From Oopsacas minuta (taxonomy: Eukaryota; Animalia; Porifera), in assembly GCA_024704765.1 (NCBI GenBank), contig JAKMXF010000019.1, positions 27,517-91,516 of the forward strand: a stretch of 64,000 bases of DNA, written 5' to 3'. The notes under the pieces are model-generated. The model was not told the origin of the DNA. It worked only from the letters and a program-made list of their open reading frames with translations, and ran no database searches. Position 1 is the stretch's first letter. Every line of letters starts with the position of its first letter. Of the stretch, positions 47,001 through 60,785 are shown piece by piece. Position numbers and translations under genes: made by a program.

Positions 47001-48644
47001 CTATTTCTTGGGTTCGACTGCCTGTTCCACTTTTTCTTTTGTGTCTTTTACTTGTACCTTTGGCTCGGCTGGTTTGTCGGTGGCCTTTTTGGGGACAGTT
47101 TTGGGTTTATGCTTCATTTTGGAGAGCAGAGCTTTACGTTTAAGGGTCTTAGCGTATGGGTTTAGCTTGAACATAACTAGATCATTCTTAAGCGGATTTT
47201 TCTTGTGACTATCATGAGGCTTTGGAAGTCTCTTAGGTCTCAAAACTCGCTGAATTTCGTCCGAGTTAATTATCCTTCCAACATCAGCATTAGTCATCAT
47301 GGGACGGGGTAACCTGTACCCCTTCTTGAGGACAGACCTCTTCTTCTGGGTACCATACAGCTTGTCTAACTTCTCAAAAGCTGATTGGGTCCATATGCAA
47401 AAACGACCCAGATGAGCACCTAAAAATAACACCTCATTAACCAATCAATTTATAGTTATAAGAATCAGTTTCATCAATACAATATCAATCGGTAAATCCA
47501 CAAATCTGATTTGTCGACATATTTGACACCTTTTCTCAGAGATATGTGAGGGATTGCTTAGTAATTTGGATATGTTTTAAGATGAACCACTCTACACACA
47601 AGTGACAAATTTCAAGTCCATAGCTCTTAGCAGTTCGACAATATCATTGACTTAAAAATATAAGAATTTAAATGGACTATGGATGAGTACATAAACTAAG
47701 GAAATATTACCTGGAGCAAGTTGCAATAGATTCAACCTATCTACTGACAACATATCAACACCAGGAAGGTTCCTAAAGGCACGGCTTACACCCTTATTCT
47801 TGTTATAAATAATAAGAGGACCCCTCCTTAGTTTGTGTCGCCTGTTACGGGACTTTCCTTTGCCAGGCCGTATCTTTTTTGTGACTTTTACTTTGTCCAC
47901 GTCACTGTATGCACCTATTCCCTTAAGGAGTTGTACAGCTTGTTTGGTTTTCTCCATTGTTTGTACCTAAGATATACCTATTAATAGCTGATAACTGATT
48001 GGTTGAATTGATAGAGAAATACAGTAGTTTATTTGTGTATTCAACCAATCAGGATTGTGGCTTAGTTAATTGATTTGGTAAACTTACATCGTCGCTAACA
48101 ACCAGAGGTACTTCAGGAATTTGCTGTATTCTGTGACCGCGGGCCATAACGAGGGCTGGAAGAGCTGAGGCAGCAAGTGCTGAAGTCATGGCATAACGTT
48201 TCTGGTTGACTGCCACTTTCCTGTGCCACCTACGCCATATACGAGTGGGAGCAAACATTCTACCACCTCGACACATATTGCCATAAGCTGCTTGTCCAGA
48301 CCTAAAAATTTAAATATTCAAACATTAAACTTCGACACATTGGCCCAAAATGGGACCCCTCAAAAGTATGGATCCTGCCCTCACCTGTGTGTTCCGCCCC
48401 CTCGCACCCTTGGTATCCTTGCAACAGCCCGCCCAGTCCCCCAGGACTCGGCACTTGTCTGGTGACCTGCCCTGAAAGAAACCGCATAAGGCTGTCGTTT
48501 ATTTTTCGCAATATTCGTGTGAACGAATTTAACGATATCGTTCCTAATGGGTGCAGAGAATACTCCCGGTAGTTTAGTTTGTCCAATACGCTGTTGGGCA
48601 TCCTCTGTGACACCGTAAATACCTACCATTGGACGTGACGTCAT
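47001..48644 (-). CDS. RPL4: 60S ribosomal protein L4 (uL4); exons 48385-48644, 48088-48301, 47711-47966, 47001-47419
   Basis: [46 protein letters not shown]; three GT-AG introns keep the frame. Confidence 0.97.
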
Positions 48645-49032
48645 CTTATAACGGGTACTAAATACAAATAATCATCTGGTAATCTGTTGTCAGTTTCATC
48701 GGGGAATGGAAAAATTATGGGTACAGCGGAACCTGTCATATATGCAACCATTTATAGGGGACACTTTAGGGTATCCCATGGGTAAGTGGTAATTAATAAA
48801 CTATACCCACGTAAAGGATCATAAGACCCACTTAAGGGAAGAATAAGACCCCTTTAAGAGGTCTAAAAAAGTGAACCCATAAATACAAATATTATAGGGA
48901 TTCTAAACAGAAATCCAAACGTGTTAAAATTCATTGGAAAAAATATAATAAAACAGTCAGTGGCTAGTAGTGCTAAAGTAGGCTTAATGGCTGTAATCTG
49001 ATAGGCTGATGACAGCTGTAATTATTTTCTTA

Positions 49033-50577
49033 TCAAAAGGTCTCGTCCATGGACAGAGAATGCGAATAACAGTGATTGGGTCGCCGATGAGAGCTTAGCT
49101 CCGCTTGGCTCGAGCTCTGAGGCCGCTGTCCAGGGTTCCTCTGGAGCTCAAAATCATCGAGGGAGAAAATCGAAAGCGTGTCGGGGAGCTGGAACACCTC
49201 AGTTCCGAGGGAATAAAAATATGGGTGGTTAAGCGCGTCACATGCACTGATACGCTTGGAGGAGTTATACAAAAGGAAGCTATAAAGGAGGGATAGCCCG
49301 GCTGGATCCAGACGAGGCGCCAAATGTCTGAGAGGCTCTGGCGGGTATTCAGGGAATTTCCCGTTTATGAACTCTTTATTTCTAGAAATCCCCGGCCAAA
49401 CATCTTCATTTGGCGTCCCTAAAATCCGCCAGATTAAAATAAGTTCTTCATCTACGCTCGACCCTGGGAACAATGGACGTCCTGATGTCATCTCACAAAA
49501 TATACACCCCACCCCCCACATATCAATCGATGAATCATACGTCACAGACCCAAGCAACACCTCTGGAGGACGATACCATAACGTGACCACTTCTGAGCTA
49601 TACGTTTTAGTTGGAACACTTTTCGCCCTGGCTAAGCCAAAATCTGCCAATTTCAAATCACCTGTTCTCCCAATGAGTAGGTTCTGCGGTTTCAAATCTC
49701 TGTGGAGGATTTTCTTAGAATGGCAATACTTTAGCCCGCGTAACAACTGAAACAACAACAACTGGACATTCCTCATGTTCATAAAATTCCCACATTCCTC
49801 AAGATACTGCTTCAGGTCGCGCTCTACAAATTCAAATACCAATGTCAACGATCGATCGGTTTGGACTTTATCATAAAGGGTGACAATATTCGCATGTTTG
49901 AGGTTTCTTAAGAGGGATATTTCTCTGATAGCCGTGCACGGCGCGCCCTCTTCATGTTCCAGGCGGATCTCCTTGAGAGCCACGATCCCCTGGGTGAGTG
50001 TACTCTTGCCCTTGTAGACGGTCGCATAGGTACCTTCGCCCAATTTCTCGAGTTTGGTGTAAGTGTCCAAACGTCCGAAACCCAGCTCCGTAAGTGAGGT
50101 GCGCCTCTGTCGACGGGACATCTGACGGAAGGAGGGATCGTTCCAAGGAGCGTTAGAAGATACGGACATAGGACTAACGGGGGCCGAGTCGATACCACTT
50201 AACGGGGACGGGGGCACTGAATGTGTGGATATGAGTCTATGTGTGTGTCCGGGACGAGCGGGAGACCCGTCTAGGATATGAATAGGGGTGAGGGGATGGT
50301 CTCGACATAGGGAAGAGGACAGGGACTGTCTTTTCTTATCACAACAAGTAGCATGCGAAGCGGACTTACTTAGAAAACGACGGTCCTTAGAACGCATGCC
50401 GGATCTAGACGGGACCGGGGTGGATTGATCGACACTAAGGGACCTGTCTGGGAATAGTTTGGGGAACATCATAGGGGTGGAGGGGAGTGGAGGATCAGAG
50501 AAACCCCCGGAAGAGGTCGAATTGTGTCGCGACTTGTTTTTAAATGGAAAATTAAAATGGCGTTTCAACTTCTCCAT
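49033..50577 (-). CDS. PCTAIRE-family cyclin-dependent kinase (CDK16/17/18-like), intronless
   Basis: [57 protein letters not shown]. Confidence 0.96.
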   Translation of the reverse strand: MEKLKRHFNFPFKNKSRHNSTSSGGFSDPPLPSTPMMFPKLFPDRSLSVDQSTPVPSRSGMRSKDRRFLSKSASHATCCDKKRQSLSSSLCRDHPLTPIHILDGSPARPGHTHRLISTHSVPPSPLSGIDSAPVSPMSVSSNAPWNDPSFRQMSRRQRRTSLTELGFGRLDTYTKLEKLGEGTYATVYKGKSTLTQGIVALKEIRLEHEEGAPCTAIREISLLRNLKHANIVTLYDKVQTDRSLTLVFEFVERDLKQYLEECGNFMNMRNVQLLLFQLLRGLKYCHSKKILHRDLKPQNLLIGRTGDLKLADFGLARAKSVPTKTYSSEVVTLWYRPPEVLLGSVTYDSSIDMWGVGCIFCEMTSGRPLFPGSSVDEELILIWRILGTPNEDVWPGISRNKEFINGKFPEYPPEPLRHLAPRLDPAGLSLLYSFLLYNSSKRISACDALNHPYFYSLGTEVFQLPDTLSIFSLDDFELQRNPGQRPQSSSQAELSSHRRPNHCYSHSLSMDETF

Positions 50578-50830
50578 TAGAAACTAAAAATAACAGAAAT
50601 TAAAACTCGTCAGGGGAACAATAAGGTCCTGAAGGGGACAATTAAGACCAATAGGGTGCAGGAAATATGTCCTAATATCGTCCCACATTTTCGGGAACAT
50701 AATGAATGCTATGTCCCGCCAAAACGCGAAAAAAGTAGCGCTCATATTTATCCCGCTAAGTGAGTATCTTCCTTCCCGGTTTATTCATCAATTCGGTTGA
50801 CTAGTACATACTTACTACCCTTACAAACTA

Positions 50831-51730
50831 CAGAAGATGTCGGTTATAAGATCATGCCGGTTATAAGATCATGCCAGTTATAAGATCATGCCGGTTATAA
50901 GAACATGCCAGTTATAAGATCATGCCGGTTATAAGATCATGCCGGTTATAAGATCATGCCAGTTATAAGATCATGCCAGTTATAAGATCATGCCAGTTAT
51001 AAGATCATGCCGGTTATAAGAACATACCGGTTATAAGTACATGCCGGTTATAAGATCATGCCAGTTATAAGATCATGCCAGTTATAAGATCATGCCAGTT
51101 ATAAGATCATGCCAGTTATAAGATCATGCCGGTTATAAGATCATGCCGGTTATAAGATCATGCCAGTTATAAGATCATGCCAGTTATAAGATCATGCCGG
51201 TTATAAGATCATGCCGGTTATAAGTACATGCCAGTTATAAGAACACGCCGGTTATAAGTACATGCTGGTTATAAGTACATGCCGGTTATAAGTACATGCC
51301 AGTTATAAGAACACGCCGGTTATAAGTACATGCCGGTTATAAGATCATGCCGGTTATAAGTACATGCCAGTTATAAGAACACGCCGGTTATAAGTACATG
51401 CCGGTTATAAGTACATGCCGGTTATAAGTACATGCCAGTTATAAGAACACGCCGGTTATAAGTACATGCTGGTTATAAGAACTTGTCGGTTATAAGAATA
51501 TGTCGGTTATGAGATCATACTGGTTATAAGAACATGTCGGTTATGAGATCACAGGATACGATAACACATTAATGTATAACGTAGCCGGCAATACAGTAAT
51601 CTAAGCTATAAGAACATTTTTTGCTATCCCCAAGTGTGTTCCTATGAGGGATGCCCATTGTATACAACATGCCGGTTATAAGAACATTATATGCAATTCC
51701 TGACGATGTTCGTATAACCGGTATCCACTG
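50831..51730. mobile_element. TA-flanked MITE enclosing the minisatellite
   Basis: ta|cagaagatgtcggttataaga ... tcgtataaccggtatccactg|ta: imperfect TIRs (16/21). Related ends occur at ~22965, ~30220-30290, ~55800-56050 and ~59170. Confidence 0.68.
50840..51545. repeat. 17-bp minisatellite (gccggttataagatcat), about 40 copies
   Basis: Direct head-to-tail repeats with variant units (agtacat, agaacac) and no unique spacers. Confidence 0.97.
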
Positions 51731-51983
51731 TATTGGGAATAAAATGAATAACCTATTTCTCCATTTGGTTAGAAAATTGAAATAATTAGGAAACTATGCA
51801 AATATTTATGTCACAAGTCATAACTCTCCAACTTTTTGTGCTGGAGAGTTTAAGACAACTGATTCTGAAAAGAACATTAAAGGAGAGTGCTTCAAAGAGC
51901 GGTCCTTCGGATTCGGGATCTTATTTTGAGGCGCGGGATCTGGAGCGCGATCCGTAAAATGAGTAGCGCTTAATGCTCTGGAC

Positions 51984-52231
51984 CAGGGGTGGCCAAACTT
52001 TTTTCTGCGTGGGCCGGATTCTAATTCCAAATTTTTATGCGGGCCGTACTGACCTACGACTATGTTTCATGTTCTAATTTACTAGAGAAACTCACGAGCA
52101 AAATGTGAAATACACAATATAATGAGAGCAATGCAGCTGATTCTGCATTCTTATTAGTTTGTCAATTGGTTTTCTTGGTGATATACTCAAAAATAACTTA
52201 AGCCAGGCGGGCTGTAGTTTGCGCGCCCCTA
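51984..52231. mobile_element. hAT-superfamily MITE
   Basis: Ends caggggtggccaaact / agtttgcgcgccccta; 8-bp target-site duplication ctctggac / ctctgcac (7/8). Confidence 0.85.
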
Positions 52232-52687
52232 CTCTGCACTCATAACCAATATTAAGTTTTAGAACAAACTAATGAATTCCTGATTATGTCAGGAATTTAC
52301 TAAATGTGGTAAATTCAATTATAATCATATATCCAGTAGGCAGACTGTGTGTAACTTTATACATAGCCATATGGTACAGGTGGATAACATTCCAGAGATA
52401 TTCCTTAGTTACTTCCTATCCACATAGGTATTTATATAAGAATATATGTGTAGTTTAGGTATATTTCTTGAATTGTACTCAACAGTTGATTTTAGCGGGA
52501 TTTTATGGCGGGACATAAGCGCTAATATTCTATATGAGATGGAGCTGAGATTTTGATCCTGCTCAGGTCCCTTTCGAAGCCCAATGGGGTTTTTATTGCT
52601 ATGTGAGGATGCCAAAAAAGTGGCCTATTACCCCTGCTCCCTCGGTTTGGCGCCTATTTTACTTGCAATTTTTGTATTTAGCACCTA

Positions 52688-55600
52688 ATGTCAATTACTA
52701 AAGTGTTGGTGGTTTTATTCTTTGTGGTTTGTGTCCAATCACAACCACACCCTTTTAATGAGAACCTAGCGGAACAGGCCTTTGTATCGGTCTCATGTGG
52801 AGAGGACCCCTGTTCGTACCAGGATCAGACCCCCTCTCTGATTATTGACGGGGACGAAGAAACCTTTTGGCGGTCAGATGCAGGTGTTACTTCTAAGTAC
52901 CAGATTATTGTTACTCTTAGTCAGGTAGCTAACAACAAACAAACTAACTAACAAACAAACAAACGCACTAACTAACAAACAAATAAATTTCTAGGAATTT
53001 GAAGTGACAGGCATATCAGTAACATTCCCAGATTCCCTGATTTCATCCAACTGGTCTATTGAAATCTCACAAGATGGATACAACTATAATCAGATTGCAT
53101 TCTTCTCTCTTAACTGTGCAGCTGTTTCAATTCCATTTTGTGAGGAGATAAGTCGTTCTATGAGAACAGTAAGTTAGGGACTGGGGGCCTGGGTGGTGAA
53201 GGGGCTGGGACTAGGAGAGGGGAGCAGGTGTTAAATGTATTTCCGGATATTTGTATTTATTATTTTATTATTTCTAGGCTGATCTCTCCCTAGACGTCAG
53301 CAAGGTAATACACTGTAATCTCATTGGTTAAAAATGAATAGTAAATTATAACAAATTCCTACTCACTTCATTTATGAAACTAATTAATTCTTAATTAGCT
53401 AATAGCTGATAATCTATTGGTTAATAATTGTTATTCTTAACCTATCAGATTTGAGGGTTTATTAATTAATATTGTATTCGTCTAAATTATTCGTTTTTGT
53501 TTATTTTGAAAACAAAGTGCATTTATTGGTCAATTTTAGCCAATCAATGTCTCGCTATTATTTTCCAAGTAAAACACAAATAAATCGATTTTCTATCAGT
53601 AAAAACACCTTTCAAGTCTAACACGAATATCTTGAAATGCCCGCTTATATCAAAGTCTTAAATCATACAAATATGGCCTCTAACTCATACTTACCTACCC
53701 TTTGTAACTGTTTCTCTTAGTTTCTAATTTTCTATGCGAATAATACGATTTTTCCTCTTTTATGAGAAAGAAATGTCAAAACATATCCAATATTTTCCTT
53801 AACTCATTTTGCCAAATATATGCAAACTGTCAAAGTAACATATGTATCTCTAGTTATAGGGAACTCCGCTAATATCTAAGTAATTATCACGGTCCCTTAA
53901 GCTTCGATATAACAGGAATTGACTGTATTAATTAGTTTCATTCACAGGATAGAAGAGCTCAGTTTATTAGAATCAATCTTCTTAGCTATCAATCTGATCT
54001 TGAGCCTGAACAACAGGTATGTATTACATTCCTATTTATATAATATGTTGTCAACCATATTAGAATATGAGGGTGTAGTGTCGTTTTGGTCGCCTCAACT
54101 ACAAACATATCCCTACATTCCTCCCAAAATTCTGGTTGTCATATTAGTAATCAGAACTATAATTCTAACGAATTTAATTCACAGTTTCACTCGATATCAG
54201 AAGTAGAAGTATACGGACAGTGTTCTTGTAACGGATTTGGTAGAGACTGTTTCTTATTAGAGGACACTTCTACTGAGTATCAATGTACCTGTACCGGTAA
54301 TACCTGCGGGACACATTGTGAGGAATGTTGTGAGGGATATCAAATACTGGATTATGTCACAAGGACATCTGATCCACTATTTTCATGTAAAAGTAAGTTC
54401 TTAACACCTTCGTAACCAATTAAACTCGAGGAATAATCAAATAGCTCCCCAATATCATAGTAGTATAGTATTTTGAATTAATATTCAATATAATATCATT
54501 ATGGTTGTATTATAACTAGCTTAATATATAATTATAATATACCCATAACATTATACTCAGAATCAGATATAAGTAGTAGATTAGTTACCTATTATTTGCT
54601 TTACAAACTTTACTACAAATTCTTTATACAAAACTTACAGGTAAGTTGGCTTTTATGCCTTGGTGTCTTACCCGACACCTTATTATACAAAAATGAGATT
54701 ATTTATCCCTTCAATGTTCAACTATCTTGTAGAATTTGAAATGACTGCCACTTGTACAATATTACAACTTGGTTCATCAGAATGCTTTTATCAGTTCCTC
54801 AGCGAGTTTGTACTCCCTATGTTTCAATATGGGTATTAGATCTTGATTCGTTTTGTTGTCTTGGCGTCTTTCATGGGGGTTATTCTATACAGTAACTATC
54901 GTTCTTCCCATTGCCTTTTTTATATTTATCATCTACCTCCCCTGGAGCGACAGGTTTGTAAACTGATTTATTATTGTTTAGAATGTGATAACTGCACTAA
55001 CAGCCTCCTACAGCTCCTGGACTCTCACACAAACACTTTCAACTATACGGCTGATAGATTCGACTCTCTTATTCTAACAGTCCCTCTTTTCCTTCCTGCT
55101 ATCAGGAATTTCCTGTCCCAATTCGTTTCGCTATATTATGACGTCCGTGATTACGTGTTTGACACGTCTGCCATAGAACTTACTTTCCGCGGGAACAGCA
55201 GCAATTATTCATTTCCTGATCCTGTGCCTATTCTCACTTGTGTCCCCGAATTATCTGTACCTCCGTTGGAGGCTTATATGGAGATCAGGAGAACATTTGA
55301 GGATGCAATTATACTCGTAAGTACAGACAACTCCTGTTATATCGAAGTTCAAGGGGCCCCAATGGAAATATGTTAACTTTGACGAGTTGGGATCATTTTG
55401 TACAATTCACACTTCAATATGGCGGGAGTTGACTCATTTGTTTGTTTGTTTATTGATAAACTAATAAGAGCTACAAATTTGAAATTTGGCATGTAAGTGT
55501 AAAATGGTTCCTGAAGGATATGTTATAAAATCTGACCGATGAGGAAAGGTGACAAATGTGTCGGCCTATCAGATTTGAGGGTTTAACCTCTACATATACC

Positions 55601-57705
55601 TGATATTCCATTGGGCATATTTAATAGACACATTTCAACACCTAACTAAGAGTGTCAGCTGATTGTTTACTATTGTTTATAGCATTCAGAGCTAGTAGAT
55701 GGAAATGACGAGACCCTTATTCAGATAGTTCAACAACAACAAGAACTATTAGCTTTCTATCACACTCTAAACCAATTCAATATATCTCTTCAAGGTAGTA
55801 ATACAATGAATACCGGTTATAAGAGCATCGTCAGGAACTGTACGTAATGTTCTTCTAACCGGTATGTAGTAACAGTGAGTGCCGGTTATGAAAACATATT
55901 TGGAGGTATGACCCTTATTGAAATCGGTTCTCACATCTACAGTATAATAGATCCCGATTCTGCCAACATTCCGGTAATAAGAACCAATTTTATTACTACA
56001 CTAAGAGTATTCTTGAAACCGGTGTTTTTATATCCGGCTTTACTGTACTACAGTAAACTTTCGTTATAATGAATACTCTGGCTCTCGGTCCCATTTCTTT
56101 ATATGCAGAGTAACCCGGATATATTTAAGAGGTGATGACTCTTCGTTATGTTATAACAGGAGCTTATTGTATTGTCTAATTGCCCTGTGGGATGTTTTAC
56201 ATCCATAAATACCAATTAGAGCATTGTCAATTGTTTGTTTGTTATTGACTTTATATCCATATTTATCATATAGAACATTTTGACAGTCTTGTTACCAGTT
56301 TAAGAGCCCACCAGGAAATTGCTACTGAGATTCAATCTGGGACTCTGAGTGCAAAATCTAACTTCTCTGCAATAATCTATAATCACCTGTTCATTAGTGA
56401 GACGCGAATTAATATAATTAAGCTGTTGGCAGTTGTGGAACAGTGGAAGGATATCATTAACACTTCACTATTAGCTCTGACACAATTTCACACCAAGGCC
56501 GACACAATTCATGCCACATTTCGGACACTTTCAATTCAAATCGAGCTTTCCCTCGAAATCGCGAATAATTCAATTTTTCTGTTCACAGAAATCGAACAGT
56601 CACGATTGATAATACTAGATCTTATAACAGAAATAAATGTGATAGCTCTTAATATTTCATCTGTAGTCAGAGACCTCCAATTCCTCAATGTGACCATCTA
56701 CAACTTATTTGACGCCTTAACGGACCTTATAACCTCTCTAGAAGGTTGTCTATATCAGCTGACTAAGTTTAACGACTTGCTAAGCAACAGGAATAGTGTC
56801 CTTACAGAGGTGTTACGTAGCATTGAGGTGGATTTGAAAGCATTCTTGAATACTGACGAGATCCAGTCAGCTGATTTTTATACGCTACAGGCAGAGATTC
56901 ACGCGGAGGAGCTTGTTATCACCTTACAAGCGATCAATTCATTGGCTCGCTACATACCAAATACTTCTGTGATTCTTTCTCTTACAGAACAAGAAATCTT
57001 GACACCTATTGAGTCTGCAAGGGAAGTAATTATAGCTAGGGACCGTTTGAATATCTTTATTGAGAGAATACGGGCTGACACTATTTTCGACAGAATAGCA
57101 GAGTTGAGGTTAACTATAATTCAATTGGATGAAATAGCTCGTAACTTAATTAGAGAGTCAGCTGATGTGCTTAATAGTATAAATCCACATATTGATACAG
57201 CTAATCAGCTGAGTATAGATATATCAGAGTTGAGGAGTAGATTAGAGGAACTGTTGGTAAGAGCTGGTATCAAGTTTGCAGAAGGTTAGTAATATTTTAG
57301 TTCTGGTTTCAACCTGAGTACATAGACCCTTAGTACCTCATGGGTGATGGGGGATCTCAATTTCTCTTTTATATACAGACTAGCCGCAACGCAGCCCTCT
57401 GGGCGGATTTTTCTGCTAGTTCCTGCGGAATGCTTTTTTGGCCTTCGGGCCTCAGTATTGTCTTTTGGAGTTTGCGAACGCTACGCGTATTATACGAAGG
57501 AAGGAATCTGATTCGCCAACGTTGGCTAATCAGATTCCTCCGAAAATGCATCGATTTATATGGGCGAGGTGTGAAAAATTCACATATCTTGTCCAAAAAT
57601 GGTTCGATTCGAAAAATATTTCTTGATTGGAAAGGTTGAGTACCACTTAGTCGACACACAAAATTTGGTTCGAATCGGTCCGGGCATCTCTGAGAAAACG
57701 CGCGG

Positions 57706-57755
<50 letters not shown>

Positions 57756-60713
57756 TGTTTTATAGATTCATAATTTTGTTTACAGATGAATACACTATCC
57801 TTTCTCAGCTGCGTACAGACTTGGAGTTAAAGACACTGTCCCTGTCTGACCAAGAAGCTCTAGTGAATTCTACTATAACTGATATATTAGAAGCTAAAGA
57901 GTTGTTACCACAGATAGCATTCTATAATGCACAGACAGTAGAGTTAAGAGATATTATTGTGAACCAAAGTAAGTTGGCACAAACAGGGACGGATTGGACC
58001 GCAGCGACACTGGTGGACTAGTAAGTTTGTCAAATGGTGCCTCACACCCTGATCCATGTTTGTAGGTGTTGATGCAAGAGAAAACACATTCCAAATATCC
58101 GCAAAACTAAACAATCTCGCTTGGACAACAAACAATATTCAAACACGTAACTCAAATATCAGATCCCGTCTGGAGAAGGTATACTCCAGGTTATCCCGAG
58201 TACACAACAAATTACAACTCCCCAAGGCTCCGCTACGGTTAGATGGGTCCATGGTGGTCTCCTTACAACCTCCTCCCACTGAGCAACTTGAGAACGCTAC
58301 TTACTCGACAGATTTCAGTTTCTACTTCGAGCCAGTTAGAACAGGTCTTTCTGAATCGACTTTCTTGTTCTTTTACGCTGGGCCAGCTATACTCGACACA
58401 TCTGAAAATGTGTCCCCTCTGGATACAGAAGATTATATAGCTATTGTGTCCGCTAATTCTGTAATGGGGTACAGGGCAAGAATAGGGGGGACAGAGTTCT
58501 CAAAGAGTCTAGGAAGCCGTGAGACTATCCGCTCTAATTCTAAGTATACTGTACGCATTAAGAGGTATGTATCACCACTTCTAGGTGTGAAGTTTATGGA
58601 AGATATAAATATTCACATGAATTGTTTACTCTTTTATTTATTAATATTTATCTGTTTAGAGTGGGCAGTGCTTTCAGATTTGAACTTAAGACACCTACAG
58701 CAACATATACTACTGCTACTACATTATCAGAAGAGAGTTTGCATCATTTCGCATTCAAGCCTACTCCTAATACAGCTTATTATATTGGAGGACATCCTGA
58801 CGATGTTCTGGTAAGTTGTGTACTCATTACCCCTGCCACTTCCCAAACATCACACTTGGGGGCGTGTTAAGAGGTTAGAGATCCTCATAATTGGAGTAAT
58901 GATTCTTATCCCAGCAAATATAATGCAAACAGTGTGTAACCGCGTATGTGCGATTTCCGGTTAGGATTGCTGTGTTACACATGTTATTAAAAATCATATT
59001 CATTCTAAAGATAGCAACCTCTCTCCAATCCTTGGATAAGTTCAGAGGGTGTGTCTACCTAGCCCTCACACTCAGATGGAACCTGTACAGTCTCTGGGAC
59101 ACCAGATACCACACGAACTTCCTCACAGACCAGACAGGATTAGACTGTATCAGGTATGACACCTTTAAATACAGTGCATACCGGTTATATGAACATCCTT
59201 AGGAGTAGCAATACATGTTCTTATAGCCGGTGTTAATATACAGGAATATATGAGAACCGGTATCCAGAGGATGGTGCTTATAGCCTGTGTTATCATATCT
59301 TGCATCTGTACTTAAGCAAGTGATAATAGTAGCTATTTATTCTAAAAATAGACACTCAGACACTCAAGCAGACTTTGATGTAGATGGTCTCTCCTTCTAT
59401 GGTTATGGACACGCGTATATTCGTAATACCCAGAACTCCCCAATCGTTAAATTCACTGTTACGCCCCAAGAACATGATGGTCTCATTCTGACATCCTTTG
59501 GGGTGAGTATTGGCACCGATGGTTCAATGGTGTCCATGGATGGAACAACAGTGTAACCTCCACGGAACTCTAGAAACGGGGAACGGGGTAGCATTTCTCG
59601 GCGTTCCTCGCAGCCTGTTTTTGTAGTTTTCATTGTATTCTAATAGTGTGAAGTAGCTCCACTTAAAATGGGTTACACCATAGCCCCAAAGTGACCCAAT
59701 TAACACTTACATATCTTTATTGTTATGTTTGTTATTATTTTCTTTAGAAAAATAGAGGAGATAAGAAGTTCATTTACAGCTTCTACATAAGAGATAGAAA
59801 ATTCAAATTCGACATTGCTTATGATGGAGCTTCAAGAGTTACTTATACATTAGATCTTCTTATCAAGTAGGGTGTTAAATTTGTGGCACAACTGCCACCT
59901 TAAGTGGCTCACATTTATGATATTTTTGTTAGGGTATCTACACGTTATGATGTAGAACTAGAACTATTCCAATCAGGAGGTGTTAAAGCTATTATTAATT
60001 ATGATAACAAAGAAGCAGAATTGGTTACTGGATTGAGACGTGATTTATTCAAAGCTGATGTTCTACTATTTGGCGGTATATCTCGCATAGCTGTTGATGA
60101 AACGTTAGTTATACAGATTAATCATATATTGTCACCTCCAATTGTTGGACTCATCTCTTTAATGATAAAATTTTCGTGGGTGTTGGCGCTAAAAATGGAA
60201 ATTACACTCAGGGAGAGGCCAACTTCCCATGACCCCTACTATCTTTTCACGCACAAACTGTCCTGATCGCTTCTTATATATGGAACTATAAAGTGCTAAT
60301 TGACACAATAATAATATTTACATATTTTTACATATAGTGACTCAGATGTGCTCTCCTCCTGGACAACAGATTATTACAGGAATTTCACCGGCTGTATTAC
60401 TAATGTGATTATTCTGAGGACTACTATATCAGCTGTTCTACTTGATACTAGTTTCAATTTCAATTCTGGTGGGACCACTGGTGTTACTCTAGGTTGTCCA
60501 AATGTAAGTACCAATAGGGGGCATTTTTCCCGCCTAACTTATGGATCAATTGGCCCCCAAGTTTGCCTGATGGCCAATTGATCTTGACACCTATATTTAT
60601 GGTTCCAAATTCCATTCTATAGTTCCCTATTCCAGAATATTCTATCACAAAAACTGATACCACTGGATACCTTGACTTCGACCTGCTCGTACATGAAGGT
60701 TTGTTTATTTGTT

Positions 60714-60785
<72 letters not shown>

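Noticed and set aside
47420-48384. Intronic snoRNAs in RPL4, as in vertebrates
   Set aside because: No properly spaced C box (RUGAUGA) and D box (CUGA) pair with a terminal stem; intron 3 is largely a dispersed repeat. A covariance search could still find a divergent one.
50840-51545. CRISPR-like array
   Set aside because: Repeats are head-to-tail with no unique spacers, there are no cas genes, and the context is eukaryotic.
54720-54960. Possible extra laminin EGF exon
   Set aside because: No frame gives an LE cysteine pattern without stops; phases fit direct splicing from 54391 to 54981.
57340-58021. ORFs 57340-57639, 57369-57749, 57438-57626 and the 5' half of 57599-58021
   Set aside because: They lie in the Helitron-like insertion and (CA)n tract; only 57786-57968 is a laminin exon.
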